Below, in pieces: positions 8,424 to 17,267 of a DNA stretch of 64,000 bases. The notes under the pieces are model-generated. The model was not told the DNA's origin. It saw only the letters and a program-made list of their open reading frames with translations, and ran no database searches. This stretch comes from Candidatus Fraserbacteria bacterium (GTDB lineage Bacteria > Bipolaricaulota > Bipolaricaulia > RBG-16-55-9 > DRXL01). Made by a program: the position numbers and the translations under genes. The stretch is from positions 72,409 through 136,408 of the forward strand of contig CAMTVK010000021.1 of the NCBI GenBank assembly GCA_947085185.1, given 5' to 3'. Each line of letters begins with the position of its first letter. Positions within the stretch are counted from its first letter, which is position 1.

Positions 8424-9703
8424 AGGGGTTCTTTCAGTTCATCGGAGATGACGCGCACGAGCGCCTCGACGACCTTTGGGTCGAACTGGCGGCCGCTTTC
8501 TGCTTGGATGAGGCGCACGGCCTCGGCGGGCTCGTAGTGTCTGGGTTTCCCTTGGGATTCGCGATACAGACGATCGCTCGTCAGAGCATGGTAGACATCA
8601 GCGACGTGGATGATGCGTGCGCCCAGGGGGATCTGTTCGCCCTTGAGGCCGTCGGGGTAGCCGGAGCCGTCCCAGCGCTCATGTTCGTATTTGACCAAGT
8701 GGGCGGCTTCGCTGTACATCTCTAAGTTTTTGAGCAGATCGAAGCCGATGACGGTGTGTTGTTTGACGAGCTGCCATTCGGGGTCATTGAGGGGGCCGGG
8801 CTTATTGAGGATATCGTCGGGGATGCCGACCTTGCCGATGTCATGGACGAGTGCGGCGGTGCGGATCGTCTCGATTTGGTCTTCGGGGAGTTCCATCTCG
8901 CGCGCGATCTTTTCGGCCAAGTCCGCGACTTCTTCGGAGTGTTCTGCCGTGTAGGGATCGCGCTCGTGGAGCATTTTGACCATGGTTTCGATGGTGCGTT
9001 GGGTTTCCCTGCGGAGCTTGGAGTAGCCGCGCAGGGTGAGGTGGACGCCGACGGCAGGGATGAGCACCAAGAGCGTCTGCCAGGGAGCTTGGACGTAGAC
9101 GACAGCAGTCAAGATCGCAATGATGCCGATAGCAAGAACTTGGAAGGGGAGATGACGAATATGGAAGGTCACGAGTTTTGAGAACCTGATGCGCTGAGTT
9201 AGGTGAAGGATCCCAGAAACGAGGATTGTATTTGTTGCCGCGTAGCCGGCATAAGCGAGAACGAGCGGAACTATCTCAGCCAACGATTTATACGGTGGCG
9301 AATGGCCGCCAAATGCCTGAAAGATCAAGACAGCTGCCCAACTGCTGAGTACTATTTGGCTTGTGTTGAAAGCAACACGAGAGAAAAAATATAGCGGATC
9401 CTCTCGTAAACGATACCATCGCAAGACGATCTCAGCAAAGAGCGTTCCTAGTAGGACGCTCCAGAGCATTGCTGGCGGCCCGGCGATGAACAGTACGGCA
9501 CAGTATATGATCTCAGATGTTGACATACTGCGCCGTGAAGCAATTTCGACTTCGAAGAGGTCAGCCAAAAACGCAAGGATCGTAGCGATCAGCACCAGCA
9601 TTATCGGTGTCGGATCGTTCTGGATGCGAGGCAAATAGAAACTAAGCGGGGCAAAACTTAGAAGGACGACAAACCAGACATACACTCTTACTTGCCAACT
9701 CAT
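8396..9703 (-). CDS. Membrane-anchored HD-GYP cyclic dinucleotide phosphodiesterase with multi-TM sensor domain
   Basis: About 7 N-terminal TM helices. RDPYTAEHS, VHDIGK, HERWDGSGYPDG, DVYHALTSDR. Start set at MSWQV because the longer ORF begins inside a terminator. Confidence 0.9.
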   Translation of the reverse strand: MSWQVRVYVWFVVLLSFAPLSFYLPRIQNDPTPIMLVLIATILAFLADLFEVEIASRRSMSTSEIIYCAVLFIAGPPAMLWSVLLGTLFAEIVLRWYRLREDPLYFFSRVAFNTSQIVLSSWAAVLIFQAFGGHSPPYKSLAEIVPLVLAYAGYAATNTILVSGILHLTQRIRFSKLVTFHIRHLPFQVLAIGIIAILTAVVYVQAPWQTLLVLIPAVGVHLTLRGYSKLRRETQRTIETMVKMLHERDPYTAEHSEEVADLAEKIAREMELPEDQIETIRTAALVHDIGKVGIPDDILNKPGPLNDPEWQLVKQHTVIGFDLLKNLEMYSEAAHLVKYEHERWDGSGYPDGLKGEQIPLGARIIHVADVYHALTSDRLYRESQGKPRHYEPAEAVRLIQAESGRQFDPKVVEALVRVISDELKEPLWFSSGRFS

Positions 9704-9721
9704 GTTGGCAGCATTATATGC

Positions 9722-9755
9722 AAAATAAAAAAGGGAGTCCAATCCGGACTCCCTT
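9722..9755 (-). terminator. Intrinsic terminator after the small peptide gene
   Basis: AAGGGAGTCC-GGATT-GGACTCCCTT followed by TTTTATTTT on the minus strand. Confidence 0.85.
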
Positions 9756-9776
9756 GGGGAATTTCAGAGTTTGAGC

Positions 9777-9920
9777 TTATGTCCACTTCTGACCGGCACC
9801 GCTCATGAGCACGAAGGCGCTGATGATAGCGAGAATATAGAGCACCCGCGCCCCGATCTTCTCCTTCACCCAACCGGCTACTCGCTCTGCTACCTGCCCG
9901 TTGTATTCTCCCCACTTCAT
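9777..9920 (-). CDS. 47-aa small peptide MKWGEYNGQVAERVAGWVKEKIGARVLYILAIISAFVLMSGAGQKWT (candidate signalling-peptide precursor)
   Basis: Strong AAAGGAGG RBS, own promoter and terminator, one hydrophobic helix and a short polar tail. Confidence 0.75.
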   Translation of the reverse strand: MKWGEYNGQVAERVAGWVKEKIGARVLYILAIISAFVLMSGAGQKWT

Positions 9921-9956
9921 GGTCGTTGCCTCCTTTATGTTGTTGTTGATGGCCAT

Positions 9957-9985
9957 ATTTTATATGCACTTGTATGTTTTGTCAA
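9957..9985 (-). promoter_or_regulatory. Sigma70-type promoter of the peptide gene
   Basis: TTGACA-17 nt-TAAAAT. Confidence 0.75.
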
Positions 9986-10017
9986 GAGCTATAACAAAAA
10001 TCGCGAGTGATTCTTTT

Positions 10018-11403
10018 TTAAGAGGGCCGAAATTCCCGCCGAAAGACCCGCTCACCCCCAGTATCAATGTACTCCACCGTGAGCCGCCCGTCGCCTAAGA
10101 CCGTGATCTGCCCGAAATTCCAATGCTGATTGCTCCCGAAAATCCGCGTGGGATTGAGCGTTTCATCGAGCTGCCCCATGTACGACGTCAGGGCGCTCAG
10201 CGGCCCCGCAGTAAACTCATAAAAGTCTATCGCCCCATCGCGATTGGGATCATAGTGAATGACATCGATGAGGTGCTCGTCCCCGGTGAGCCAGACGACG
10301 TTCTTGATCTTGTTCTGCATGATGAAATCGCTGATCTCGATGAGCTCGCGCTCAAAGCCCGTCTCGCTCTCGCCGTTGGCCCAGCTGTCGCACGCCGCCG
10401 GACAATCCGAAGGGAACGAGAGCTTGACTGTCGAGGCAATGAACTTCCAGGTCGCGTTGGAGGTGCGCAGGCTCTCTTTGAGCCACGCAAGCTGCTCTCG
10501 GCCGAGCATGGTCTTATCTGGGCCATCGGGGCGCTTATTGTCGCTACGGTACTGCCGTGTGTCCAAGATAAAGATCTCGACGTGCTGGCCCCACCGGAAC
10601 GAACGATATAAACGATGGGGATCTTGGGGGTTCACCGTGATGGGGAAGAACTCGAAGAAGACTTGCCGACCGATAGCTAATCTCTGGGGATCTACGGTCG
10701 TGCCCGAAAAGTTATTGATCACCTCGTGATCGTCCCAGATCATATACAGGCTCGTAGCGGCGCGCGCTTTTTGATAGGGCTTATCGGCAAGCTGATATTT
10801 CTGCTTGGCCCGATATTCTTCTAGCGTGTTGGCGACGAACTCACTGCCGGGGGCATTGGGCGGACTAGGGCAGCGCTCGTCGTTATACACCGTGTCGCCG
10901 AGGAAGAGAAAGAAATCGGGCTGGGCTTCAGTCAAGTGATTGAAGATAAAATACTCTGGGCGGCGGCACATGCCCTGACCCCCCAAGTCAGCGCTCCAGG
11001 CGAATTTCACGGGACTAGGGGCGTTGGCTTGTGGAGCCGTGATGAACGTCCCGGCGACGGGCGCGCTCTGCTCACTCCCCAATACTTGGCGCACGCGATA
11101 GGAATAGCGTGTCGCTGGAGTAAGCCCCGTGAGCACGACCTTGCCGGTGAAGTCCGACTCTGGCTTGAGGACAACAGGCTCGGCGCGCTGCACGTCGCGG
11201 AAGTCCTCGCTGGTGCTGTACTCCACCACGAGCGTTGAGTTGGGGGCTTCCGCCCCGCGCGCCCAGATGATCGCGCTCTGGGGGGTGACGTCGCCGGAAG
11301 AGACCCCATGGGTGATCGCAAGTTTGGCGCCCGCTCCCACACTGAAAGGAGCAAGAGCCCCGCCGATGAACAACAGAACCCCGACTCTGAAGAGATTTTT
11401 CAT
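10018..11403 (-). CDS. phoD: Alkaline phosphatase D (PhoD) family
   Basis: HGVSSGDV, FLGDTVYND, IWDDHEV, LDTRQYR, LTGDEH. AGGAGG RBS before MKNLF. Confidence 0.88.
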   Translation of the reverse strand: MKNLFRVGVLLFIGGALAPFSVGAGAKLAITHGVSSGDVTPQSAIIWARGAEAPNSTLVVEYSTSEDFRDVQRAEPVVLKPESDFTGKVVLTGLTPATRYSYRVRQVLGSEQSAPVAGTFITAPQANAPSPVKFAWSADLGGQGMCRRPEYFIFNHLTEAQPDFFLFLGDTVYNDERCPSPPNAPGSEFVANTLEEYRAKQKYQLADKPYQKARAATSLYMIWDDHEVINNFSGTTVDPQRLAIGRQVFFEFFPITVNPQDPHRLYRSFRWGQHVEIFILDTRQYRSDNKRPDGPDKTMLGREQLAWLKESLRTSNATWKFIASTVKLSFPSDCPAACDSWANGESETGFERELIEISDFIMQNKIKNVVWLTGDEHLIDVIHYDPNRDGAIDFYEFTAGPLSALTSYMGQLDETLNPTRIFGSNQHWNFGQITVLGDGRLTVEYIDTGGERVFRREFRPS

Positions 11404-11492
11404 AGTCCTGCACCTCCTGAGAGAGATTATAGCCATACTGTGGCGATCTGCCAAATGAGTCGGCAGCCCAATGGAGCATGCGCTCATAAGCT

Positions 11493-11702
11493 TCATAAAT
11501 ATTTTTTGAACTCTTCTTCAGTCATGCCGATCTGCTTCAGGATAGCCCGATAGAGCCCAGACTTTAGCTCTCGGCTATGGACTGGCACGGTTGTCCATCG
11601 TCCATCAGGATGGGCATAGATAGCCTCACTGCCCTTCTGGCGTTTGCGGCGAAACCCCAGCTTTTCTAGGGCCTTCTGCACCTCAGGGGAGCGCGGCGGC
11701 AT
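11493..11702 (-). CDS. hicA: HicA family toxin
   Basis: LEKLGF..RQKGS..HPDGR.TTVPVH...ILKQIG. The usual GSH His appears as Glu (KGSE). Confidence 0.85.
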   Translation of the reverse strand: MPPRSPEVQKALEKLGFRRKRQKGSEAIYAHPDGRWTTVPVHSRELKSGLYRAILKQIGMTEEEFKKYL

Positions 11703-11898
11703 AGTCTGGTTCTGGGATGGGCTGCCCAGCTTCCCTCAAATGCTCGATGACAAGCTCCATCGCATCAAGGACGTTCTGCAAGGTCTCTTCATATGTTTCG
11801 CCCTCAGCGAAACATCCTGGAAGTGCAGGGACTTCCGCCCAAAAGCCCCCCTCTGGCGCAGGGTGAATGACGACTCTATACCGGCGCTCGCTGCTCAT
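11683..11898 (-). CDS. hicB: HicB family antitoxin
   Basis: EGGFWAEVPALPGCFAEGETYEE. Confidence 0.9.
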   Translation of the reverse strand: MSSERRYRVVIHPAPEGGFWAEVPALPGCFAEGETYEETLQNVLDAMELVIEHLREAGQPIPEPDYAAALP

Positions 11899-11911
11899 GT
11901 ATGATCATCTC

Positions 11912-12820
11912 CTAGCGCATCAAGAGCACGAGCACAGCTTTTTGCGCGTGGAGTCTGTTTTCGGCTTCGTCGAAGATCGCGCTCTGCGGCCCGTGCGCGA
12001 CTTCGTGCGTGATCTCCTCCCCATAGTGCGCCGGCAGACAGTGCATAACTAGAGCATCGGGCTTGGCCAGCTTGAGCAGCTCTTGATTGATCTGAAAGTC
12101 TCTAAATCTCTTGCGGCGCTCTTCGGCTTCACGCTCTTGGCCCATCGAGGTCCACACGTCGGTGTAGAGAATATCGGCTCCTTGAGCAGCCAGCTTGGGA
12201 GCGTGAACGATCTCGACTCTGCCCAGGCGCCGCGCTCGATCTAAGATCTGTGCGTTCGGCTCATGCCCTGTAGGGCACGCGACTATGATCTCCATGCCGA
12301 GCTTGGGCCCGGCTTCCAGCCAGGAATTGCACACATTGTTCCCGTCGCCGATCCACCCGAGCTTCAGCCCCTCCAATCTGCGCTTCTTCTCATAGACCGT
12401 CAGCAGATCCCCCAAAATCTGACAGGGGTGCAGCAGATCCGAAAGCCCGTTGATCACGGGCACGTCAGAGTATTTCGCAAGCTCCTCGACGATCTCATGG
12501 CCGAAGACCCGCGCCATGATCCCGTCGCAGTACCGAGAGAGCACTTTGGCGATATCCTCGATCGTCTCGCGCTGGCCGAGCTTAATATCGTCTGGGCCCA
12601 GATAGATCGCATGGCCTCCAAGCTGGGTCATGCCCACTTCGAACGAGACCCGTGTGCGCAGTGACGGCTTCTGAAAGATCATGGCGAGCGTCTTGCCCGC
12701 CAGCATGCTATGGGCGATGCCGGCGCGGTGCTCCCGCTTGAGCTGCACCGCCGTCTCCAGAAGCTCCCACACGTCTTCAGCCGTATAGTCAGCAAACGAG
12801 ATGAGATGCCTATGGCGCAT
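11912..12820 (-). CDS. argF: Ornithine carbamoyltransferase
   Basis: PSLRTRVSF, HPCQ, TDVWTSMGQE, HCLP, ENRLH. Confidence 0.95.
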   Translation of the reverse strand: MRHRHLISFADYTAEDVWELLETAVQLKREHRAGIAHSMLAGKTLAMIFQKPSLRTRVSFEVGMTQLGGHAIYLGPDDIKLGQRETIEDIAKVLSRYCDGIMARVFGHEIVEELAKYSDVPVINGLSDLLHPCQILGDLLTVYEKKRRLEGLKLGWIGDGNNVCNSWLEAGPKLGMEIIVACPTGHEPNAQILDRARRLGRVEIVHAPKLAAQGADILYTDVWTSMGQEREAEERRKRFRDFQINQELLKLAKPDALVMHCLPAHYGEEITHEVAHGPQSAIFDEAENRLHAQKAVLVLLMR

Positions 12821-12923
12821 ATCTCGCCTCCTTCTGCTAGGATGATACTGGAATCCGACCGAGGCGCCAAGTTGATTTTTTCGCGCCCGTGCTTTAGAGT
12901 GAAATCTCAGAAGGAGGCGAGCG

Positions 12924-13802
12924 ATGAAGGTCTATCTCAACGGCGAGTTCGTCCCCGAAGAAGAAGCAAAGATTAGCGTCTTCGATCACGGCTTGCTCTA
13001 CGGCGACGGGGTCTTTGAGGGCATCCGAGCCTATGACGGCTACGTCTTCAAGCTCGAGCGACATATGGATCGGCTCTACGACAGTGCTCAAGCTATTGCG
13101 CTGGAGATCCCGCTTGGTCGAGAGCAGATGACCCAAGCTATCCTTGAGACGTTACGGGTCAACAGGCTGCGCAGCGCGTATATTCGCCCGATCGTGACGC
13201 GCGGGCCTGGAGACTTAGGGGTGGACCCACGCCGCTGCCACGGCAAGCCCTCAGTGATTATCATCGTCAAGGAATGGAGATCGCTCTATGGGGAAGAAAA
13301 GATGCGCACCGGCCTGCGAGCGATCGTTGCCCACACCCGCGCCCGCTCCCCTGATAGCCTCTCGCAGAATATTAAATCTCTGAATTACTTATCGAACATT
13401 ATGGCCAAGATCGAGGCCAATCACGCCGGAGCTGATGAGGCGATCATGCTTGATAGCAACGGCTTTGTTGCCGAGGGCACTGCCGACAACGTCTTTATAG
13501 TAAAGCGCGGCACGATCTTCGTGCCCCCAACAGTCACGAATCTCCCCGGCGTCACCCGCGAGACGGTGATCGAGCTTGCCCAAAGAGAGCAGATTCCCGT
13601 GCGTGAGGAGTTCTTCGGGGTCCCAGCGCTCTATGGGGCTGATGAGTGTTTTATCACCGGGACGGCCGCGGAGATCGCACCGATCGTCGAGATCGACAAA
13701 AGAGTGATTGGGACGGGCAAGCCCGGTCCGATCACGCAAAGGCTGATGGAGCGATTCCGAGCGATCACGGGCATCCCTGAGACAGGCACGCCCATCTATT
13801 GA
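12924..13802 (+). CDS. ilvE: Branched-chain amino acid aminotransferase
   Basis: [42 protein letters not shown]. Confidence 0.95.
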   Translation: MKVYLNGEFVPEEEAKISVFDHGLLYGDGVFEGIRAYDGYVFKLERHMDRLYDSAQAIALEIPLGREQMTQAILETLRVNRLRSAYIRPIVTRGPGDLGVDPRRCHGKPSVIIIVKEWRSLYGEEKMRTGLRAIVAHTRARSPDSLSQNIKSLNYLSNIMAKIEANHAGADEAIMLDSNGFVAEGTADNVFIVKRGTIFVPPTVTNLPGVTRETVIELAQREQIPVREEFFGVPALYGADECFITGTAAEIAPIVEIDKRVIGTGKPGPITQRLMERFRAITGIPETGTPIY

Positions 13803-13852
13803 AAGCGCTGCTGGGCTTGGAATCTCAAAGTGCACTGTGTATACTTCATCCT

Positions 13853-14095
13853 ATGAAGGCGAAGGTTCAGAAGTGGGGCAATAGTTTGGCTCTACGCATT
13901 CCGAAGGCTTTTGCTGCCGAGGTCGGCTTGTTTAACGAAGCCACGGTCGAAGTGACAGTTAAAGGCCGTAAACTCATCGTTGAACCACTGAAGCAGCCGG
14001 GCTGGACCCTGCACCAGCTTCTCAAAGGAGTTACGAGAAAGAACTTGCACGCAGAGATTGCCACCGGCCTGCCTCAAGGGAATGAAGCGTGGTAA
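13853..14095 (+). CDS. mazE: MazE/AbrB-type antitoxin
   Basis: VQKWGNSLALRIPK...GNEAW. Confidence 0.9.
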   Translation: MKAKVQKWGNSLALRIPKAFAAEVGLFNEATVEVTVKGRKLIVEPLKQPGWTLHQLLKGVTRKNLHAEIATGLPQGNEAW

Positions 14096-14433
14096 CGGGT
14101 GTGTCTCCAGTGCCTGATCGTGGCGACATCGTCTGGATCTTACTGAGTCCGCAAGTAGGTCATGAACAAGCAGGGAGGCGACCGGCGCTGGTGCTCTCAC
14201 CTGCGGCTTATAATCGCAAAGTAGGCTTGGCGCTCCTTTGCCCTATAACAAGCCAGGTCAAGGGCTATCCTTTTGAAGTGCGCCTACCTCAAGGATTGCC
14301 CGTGGCTGGTGTGATCTTATCTGACCAAGTCAAAAGTCTAGATTGGAGGGCGCGAAAGGCTGAGATAGTTTGTAAAGTACCTGATGAGATCGTCCAGGAA
14401 GTGTTGTTGAAGTTAGGGACCCTGCTCTCTTGA
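14089..14433 (+). CDS. mazF: MazF endoribonuclease toxin
   Basis: GHEQAGRRPALVLSP..YN, CPITSQVKGYPFEV, DQVKSLDWRAR. Confidence 0.93.
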   Translation: MVTGVSPVPDRGDIVWILLSPQVGHEQAGRRPALVLSPAAYNRKVGLALLCPITSQVKGYPFEVRLPQGLPVAGVILSDQVKSLDWRARKAEIVCKVPDEIVQEVLLKLGTLLS

Positions 14434-14454
14434 GAGCGAGCTAGGAGGTGATCT

Positions 14455-15900
14455 ATGGGGGTTCGAGTTCGGTTTGCCCCAAGCCCAACGGGGGAATTAC
14501 ACGTCGGGGGAGCGCGCACCGCGCTCTTCAATTGGCTCTTCGCACGCAAGCACCAGGGCGTCTTTATTCTGAGATTCGAAGATACTGATATTGAGCGCAA
14601 TCGCCTGGAGCTGATCGAGCCCATCTTAGAAAGTTTGCGGTGGCTTGGACTGCTCTGGGACGAAGGGCCGTACTTCCAGAGCCAACGCTTGAGCCTCTAT
14701 CAAGAGTGGGCCAAGCGACTGCTCTCCGAGGGGAAGGCGTATAAGTGTTACTGTACTCCTGAAGAGCTGGAGAAGAAGCGCCAAGCTGCGCTCGCTGCCA
14801 AACAGAAGCCTCGCTACGACGGGCACTGCCGAGCTCTCACCCCCTCCCAAGAGCAGAGGTTCATCAGCGAAGGGCGCAAGCCCGCTCTGCGACTGAAGAT
14901 CCCTCAATCGGGCACGATCGTCGTCGAGGACGTCATTCGCGGGCGGGTCGAGTTCGATCTCGCCGAGCTCGACGATTTTATCATCCTTCGTTCTGATGGC
15001 CGGCCGACATATAATTTTGCCGTCGTCGTAGACGACGTCACGATGGGCATCACCCACGTCATCCGCGCCGACGAGCATCTCAACAACACTCCAAAACAGA
15101 TCCTGATCTATCACGCGTTTGGAGAAGGTCTGCCCGTCTTCGCTCATGTTCCCATGGTCTTGGCCAAAGATCGGAGTAAGCTGTCCAAGCGCCACGGCGC
15201 GACGGCGGTGTTTGAGTTTCGCGACCGTGGGATTTTGCCAGAAGCGCTCGTCAATTATCTGGCTCGTTTAGGCTGGTCGCACGGCGACCAAGAGATCTTT
15301 ACTGTCCAAGAGCTGATCGAGAATTTTTCGCTTTCGGCTGTCCACCCCTCCGCGGCAATCTTCGACGAAGAGAAATTATGTTGGGTGAATCAGCACTATC
15401 TCAAGACGAGCGATCCCCATGGTCTGGGGGAGCTCTTACGCCCGTTCTTGGTGAAGCTCAATATTATGAGCGAGGCTGAGGCCCACGCTGTGCCCAGTGG
15501 AAGACTCGCGCAGATCGTGGTGCTCTTTCGGGAGCGGGCCAAGACGCTCATCGAGCTGGCCGAGCCGGCTCGGTATCTGCTGACAGATACTGTTTCGTAT
15601 GAACCGGAGGCGGTGCAGAAGTTTCTCACCCCAGAGAAGATTGAGCTTGTGCGTGGGCTGGCGGAGGCGCTCGCTGTGGTGGAGCCGTTTACGGCGTCGG
15701 AGCTAGAGAGGGCCACGCGGGCATATCTTGAGCAGCAAGGCAAGGCGCTCAAAGATATGGCGCAGGCGTGTCGGGTGGCGCTGACGGGGCGAACGGCAGG
15801 GGCGGGGCTCTTCGAGACGATGGAGCTGATCGGGCGAGAGCGAGTCATTGCCCGACTGCGGCAGGCGAGCGCCAAGCGGCTAGAGCAGTTTCACGTATAG
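14455..15900 (+). CDS. gltX: Glutamate--tRNA ligase
   Basis: RFAPSPTGELHVGG (HIGH-like) and KLSKR. Confidence 0.96.
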   Translation: MGVRVRFAPSPTGELHVGGARTALFNWLFARKHQGVFILRFEDTDIERNRLELIEPILESLRWLGLLWDEGPYFQSQRLSLYQEWAKRLLSEGKAYKCYCTPEELEKKRQAALAAKQKPRYDGHCRALTPSQEQRFISEGRKPALRLKIPQSGTIVVEDVIRGRVEFDLAELDDFIILRSDGRPTYNFAVVVDDVTMGITHVIRADEHLNNTPKQILIYHAFGEGLPVFAHVPMVLAKDRSKLSKRHGATAVFEFRDRGILPEALVNYLARLGWSHGDQEIFTVQELIENFSLSAVHPSAAIFDEEKLCWVNQHYLKTSDPHGLGELLRPFLVKLNIMSEAEAHAVPSGRLAQIVVLFRERAKTLIELAEPARYLLTDTVSYEPEAVQKFLTPEKIELVRGLAEALAVVEPFTASELERATRAYLEQQGKALKDMAQACRVALTGRTAGAGLFETMELIGRERVIARLRQASAKRLEQFHV

Positions 15901-16208
15901 ACAATGCCGTCGCGGGCGGCATTTTCTAAGAAGGCCCACTCCCCATGCGCCCACTCCTCGGGCGTGACCCCAAAAGCTTCAATGGGCTCTAAGATGCGCG
16001 CTGCGGCTACTCCCAACAGCTCTAGGCGCTCCCGCAAATCCTTGCCTGCAAAGTCTTGAGAGATGACGACGAGATCAATGTCACTCCAGGCCTCATTGTG
16101 ACCGCGTGCACAGGAACCGAATAAGATCAAACGCTCAGGCCGCACACCCATGATGATCAATTGTTGCTTGAACCGCTCGAGGACTGAGGCAATTGTGTCT
16201 TCAGCCAT
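15891..16208 (-). CDS. Minimal nucleotidyltransferase (MNT)
   Basis: ILFGSCARG...SDIDLVVIS. Confidence 0.88.
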   Translation of the reverse strand: MAEDTIASVLERFKQQLIIMGVRPERLILFGSCARGHNEAWSDIDLVVISQDFAGKDLRERLELLGVAAARILEPIEAFGVTPEEWAHGEWAFLENAARDGIVYT

Positions 16209-16567
16209 CGTAGTACCTCCTTGGTTTTCTTGAGATATTCTTGAGTCACACGCCGGGGATAGGCTCGTATAGCTTTTTGCAGGTCTTCCGGGTAGCGTGT
16301 CACCACACTGGCGTCATTGAGCTTACCGATGAAATCGAGCAGTTCTTGGGGCACGAGCAAAGCCAACTCTTTGATGAAAAAGAGCAAGCTATGCGTCCTG
16401 GGTGGAAACCGCCCTGTGAACTCCCAATAGAGTGCCTTGAGCGCTTTCTCAGTTGCCAGATGGCACATAAAGATGCAGTACACATAGCGTCGAGAACGGA
16501 ACATCACCTGAGCCGTTTTCCAGTCGTAGTCAGACATCTCCAGCCATTTGCGTGTCTGTTCTTTCAT
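16157..16567 (-). CDS. HEPN domain protein
   Basis: WLEMSDYD..A..YCIFMCHLATEKALKAL...PPRTHSL...TRYP. Confidence 0.88.
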   Translation of the reverse strand: MKEQTRKWLEMSDYDWKTAQVMFRSRRYVYCIFMCHLATEKALKALYWEFTGRFPPRTHSLLFFIKELALLVPQELLDFIGKLNDASVVTRYPEDLQKAIRAYPRRVTQEYLKKTKEVLRWLKTQLPQSSSGSSNN

Positions 16568-16620
16568 ACCGGAGCCTTCTTGCATTTGCAATAAGATCAT
16601 GACGGATCGGGTAGGCTTTG

Positions 16621-16893
16621 TCAAACTTCAGGCGAGAGCGAGTCATTGCCCGACTGCGGCAGGCGGGGGCTTGAGCACAGCAAAAGGCGCTTTTGTAAGC
16701 GCTTAACCTCTTTTTGGCGAATGCGAATCTCTTTCTTCCAGTAGGTGATAAGCCGTTGATTGGGGTGAGCTTTTTTCTGCTCTTCTGAGAGCTTGCGTTG
16801 GTGCTCCCGGATGGTCTCTTGCAAGCCTGCTATGCGTTTTTTGAGTGCCTTGCGGCGTCGGTGTTGGTCACGCTTGCTCAAAGCTCTCCTCAC
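16621..16893 (-). CDS. Small very basic coiled-coil protein
   Basis: Lys/Arg-rich: IAGLQETIREHQRKL...LITYWKKEI. Lies 8 nt downstream of the partner gene. Confidence 0.6.
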   Translation of the reverse strand: MRRALSKRDQHRRRKALKKRIAGLQETIREHQRKLSEEQKKAHPNQRLITYWKKEIRIRQKEVKRLQKRLLLCSSPRLPQSGNDSLSPEV

Positions 16894-16901
16894 AGAGCGA
16901 A

Positions 16902-17144
16902 TTAAGCTTCAAGTTCAACGCGGTCCCACTCCTTGATGAGGGTGGACAGATCATGCTGTAGAGAGATGAGGCGGCCGTAGAGAGAACTTTCAAGTCGTTG
17001 GTGAAGCTTGCTGTTTGGCTTTGTCTTCTTCAGTTGCTCGAGCAACCGAAGGGTTTCTCGGCATTCGCTTTCAAATTCCTTGACCAAACCGTCGAGGAAC
17101 TCATGAGAAGTAGAGAGCACCTGGCATGGTGAGTTTGCAGCCAT
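16902..17144 (-). CDS. Small helical hypothetical protein (partner of 16621-16893)
   Basis: GAGGTG RBS, amphipathic helices. Confidence 0.6.
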   Translation of the reverse strand: MAANSPCQVLSTSHEFLDGLVKEFESECRETLRLLEQLKKTKPNSKLHQRLESSLYGRLISLQHDLSTLIKEWDRVELEA

Positions 17145-17267
17145 TGTGTGTCACCTCGCGCTGATATTGTGTCAAAGAGGAGGGCCGTTGTCAACTTCAA
17201 AAATCCGCCATCGGCTCGTCGGTTGCATCTCCGCCCTACTCAAGCTACAATGACCTCCTGAACGACT

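Larger units (their letters stand above)
15833..16665. mobile_element. HEPN/MNT cassette bounded by 35-bp direct repeats of the gltX 3' end
   Basis: GGCGAGAGCGAGTCATTGCCCGACTGCGGCAGGCG at both 15833-15867 and 16631-16665. Confidence 0.65.

Noticed and set aside
9700..10098. ORF-track calls 9700-9969, 9771-10010 and 9901-10098
   Set aside because: No RBS. They overlap the better supported 47-aa ORF with its promoter and terminator.
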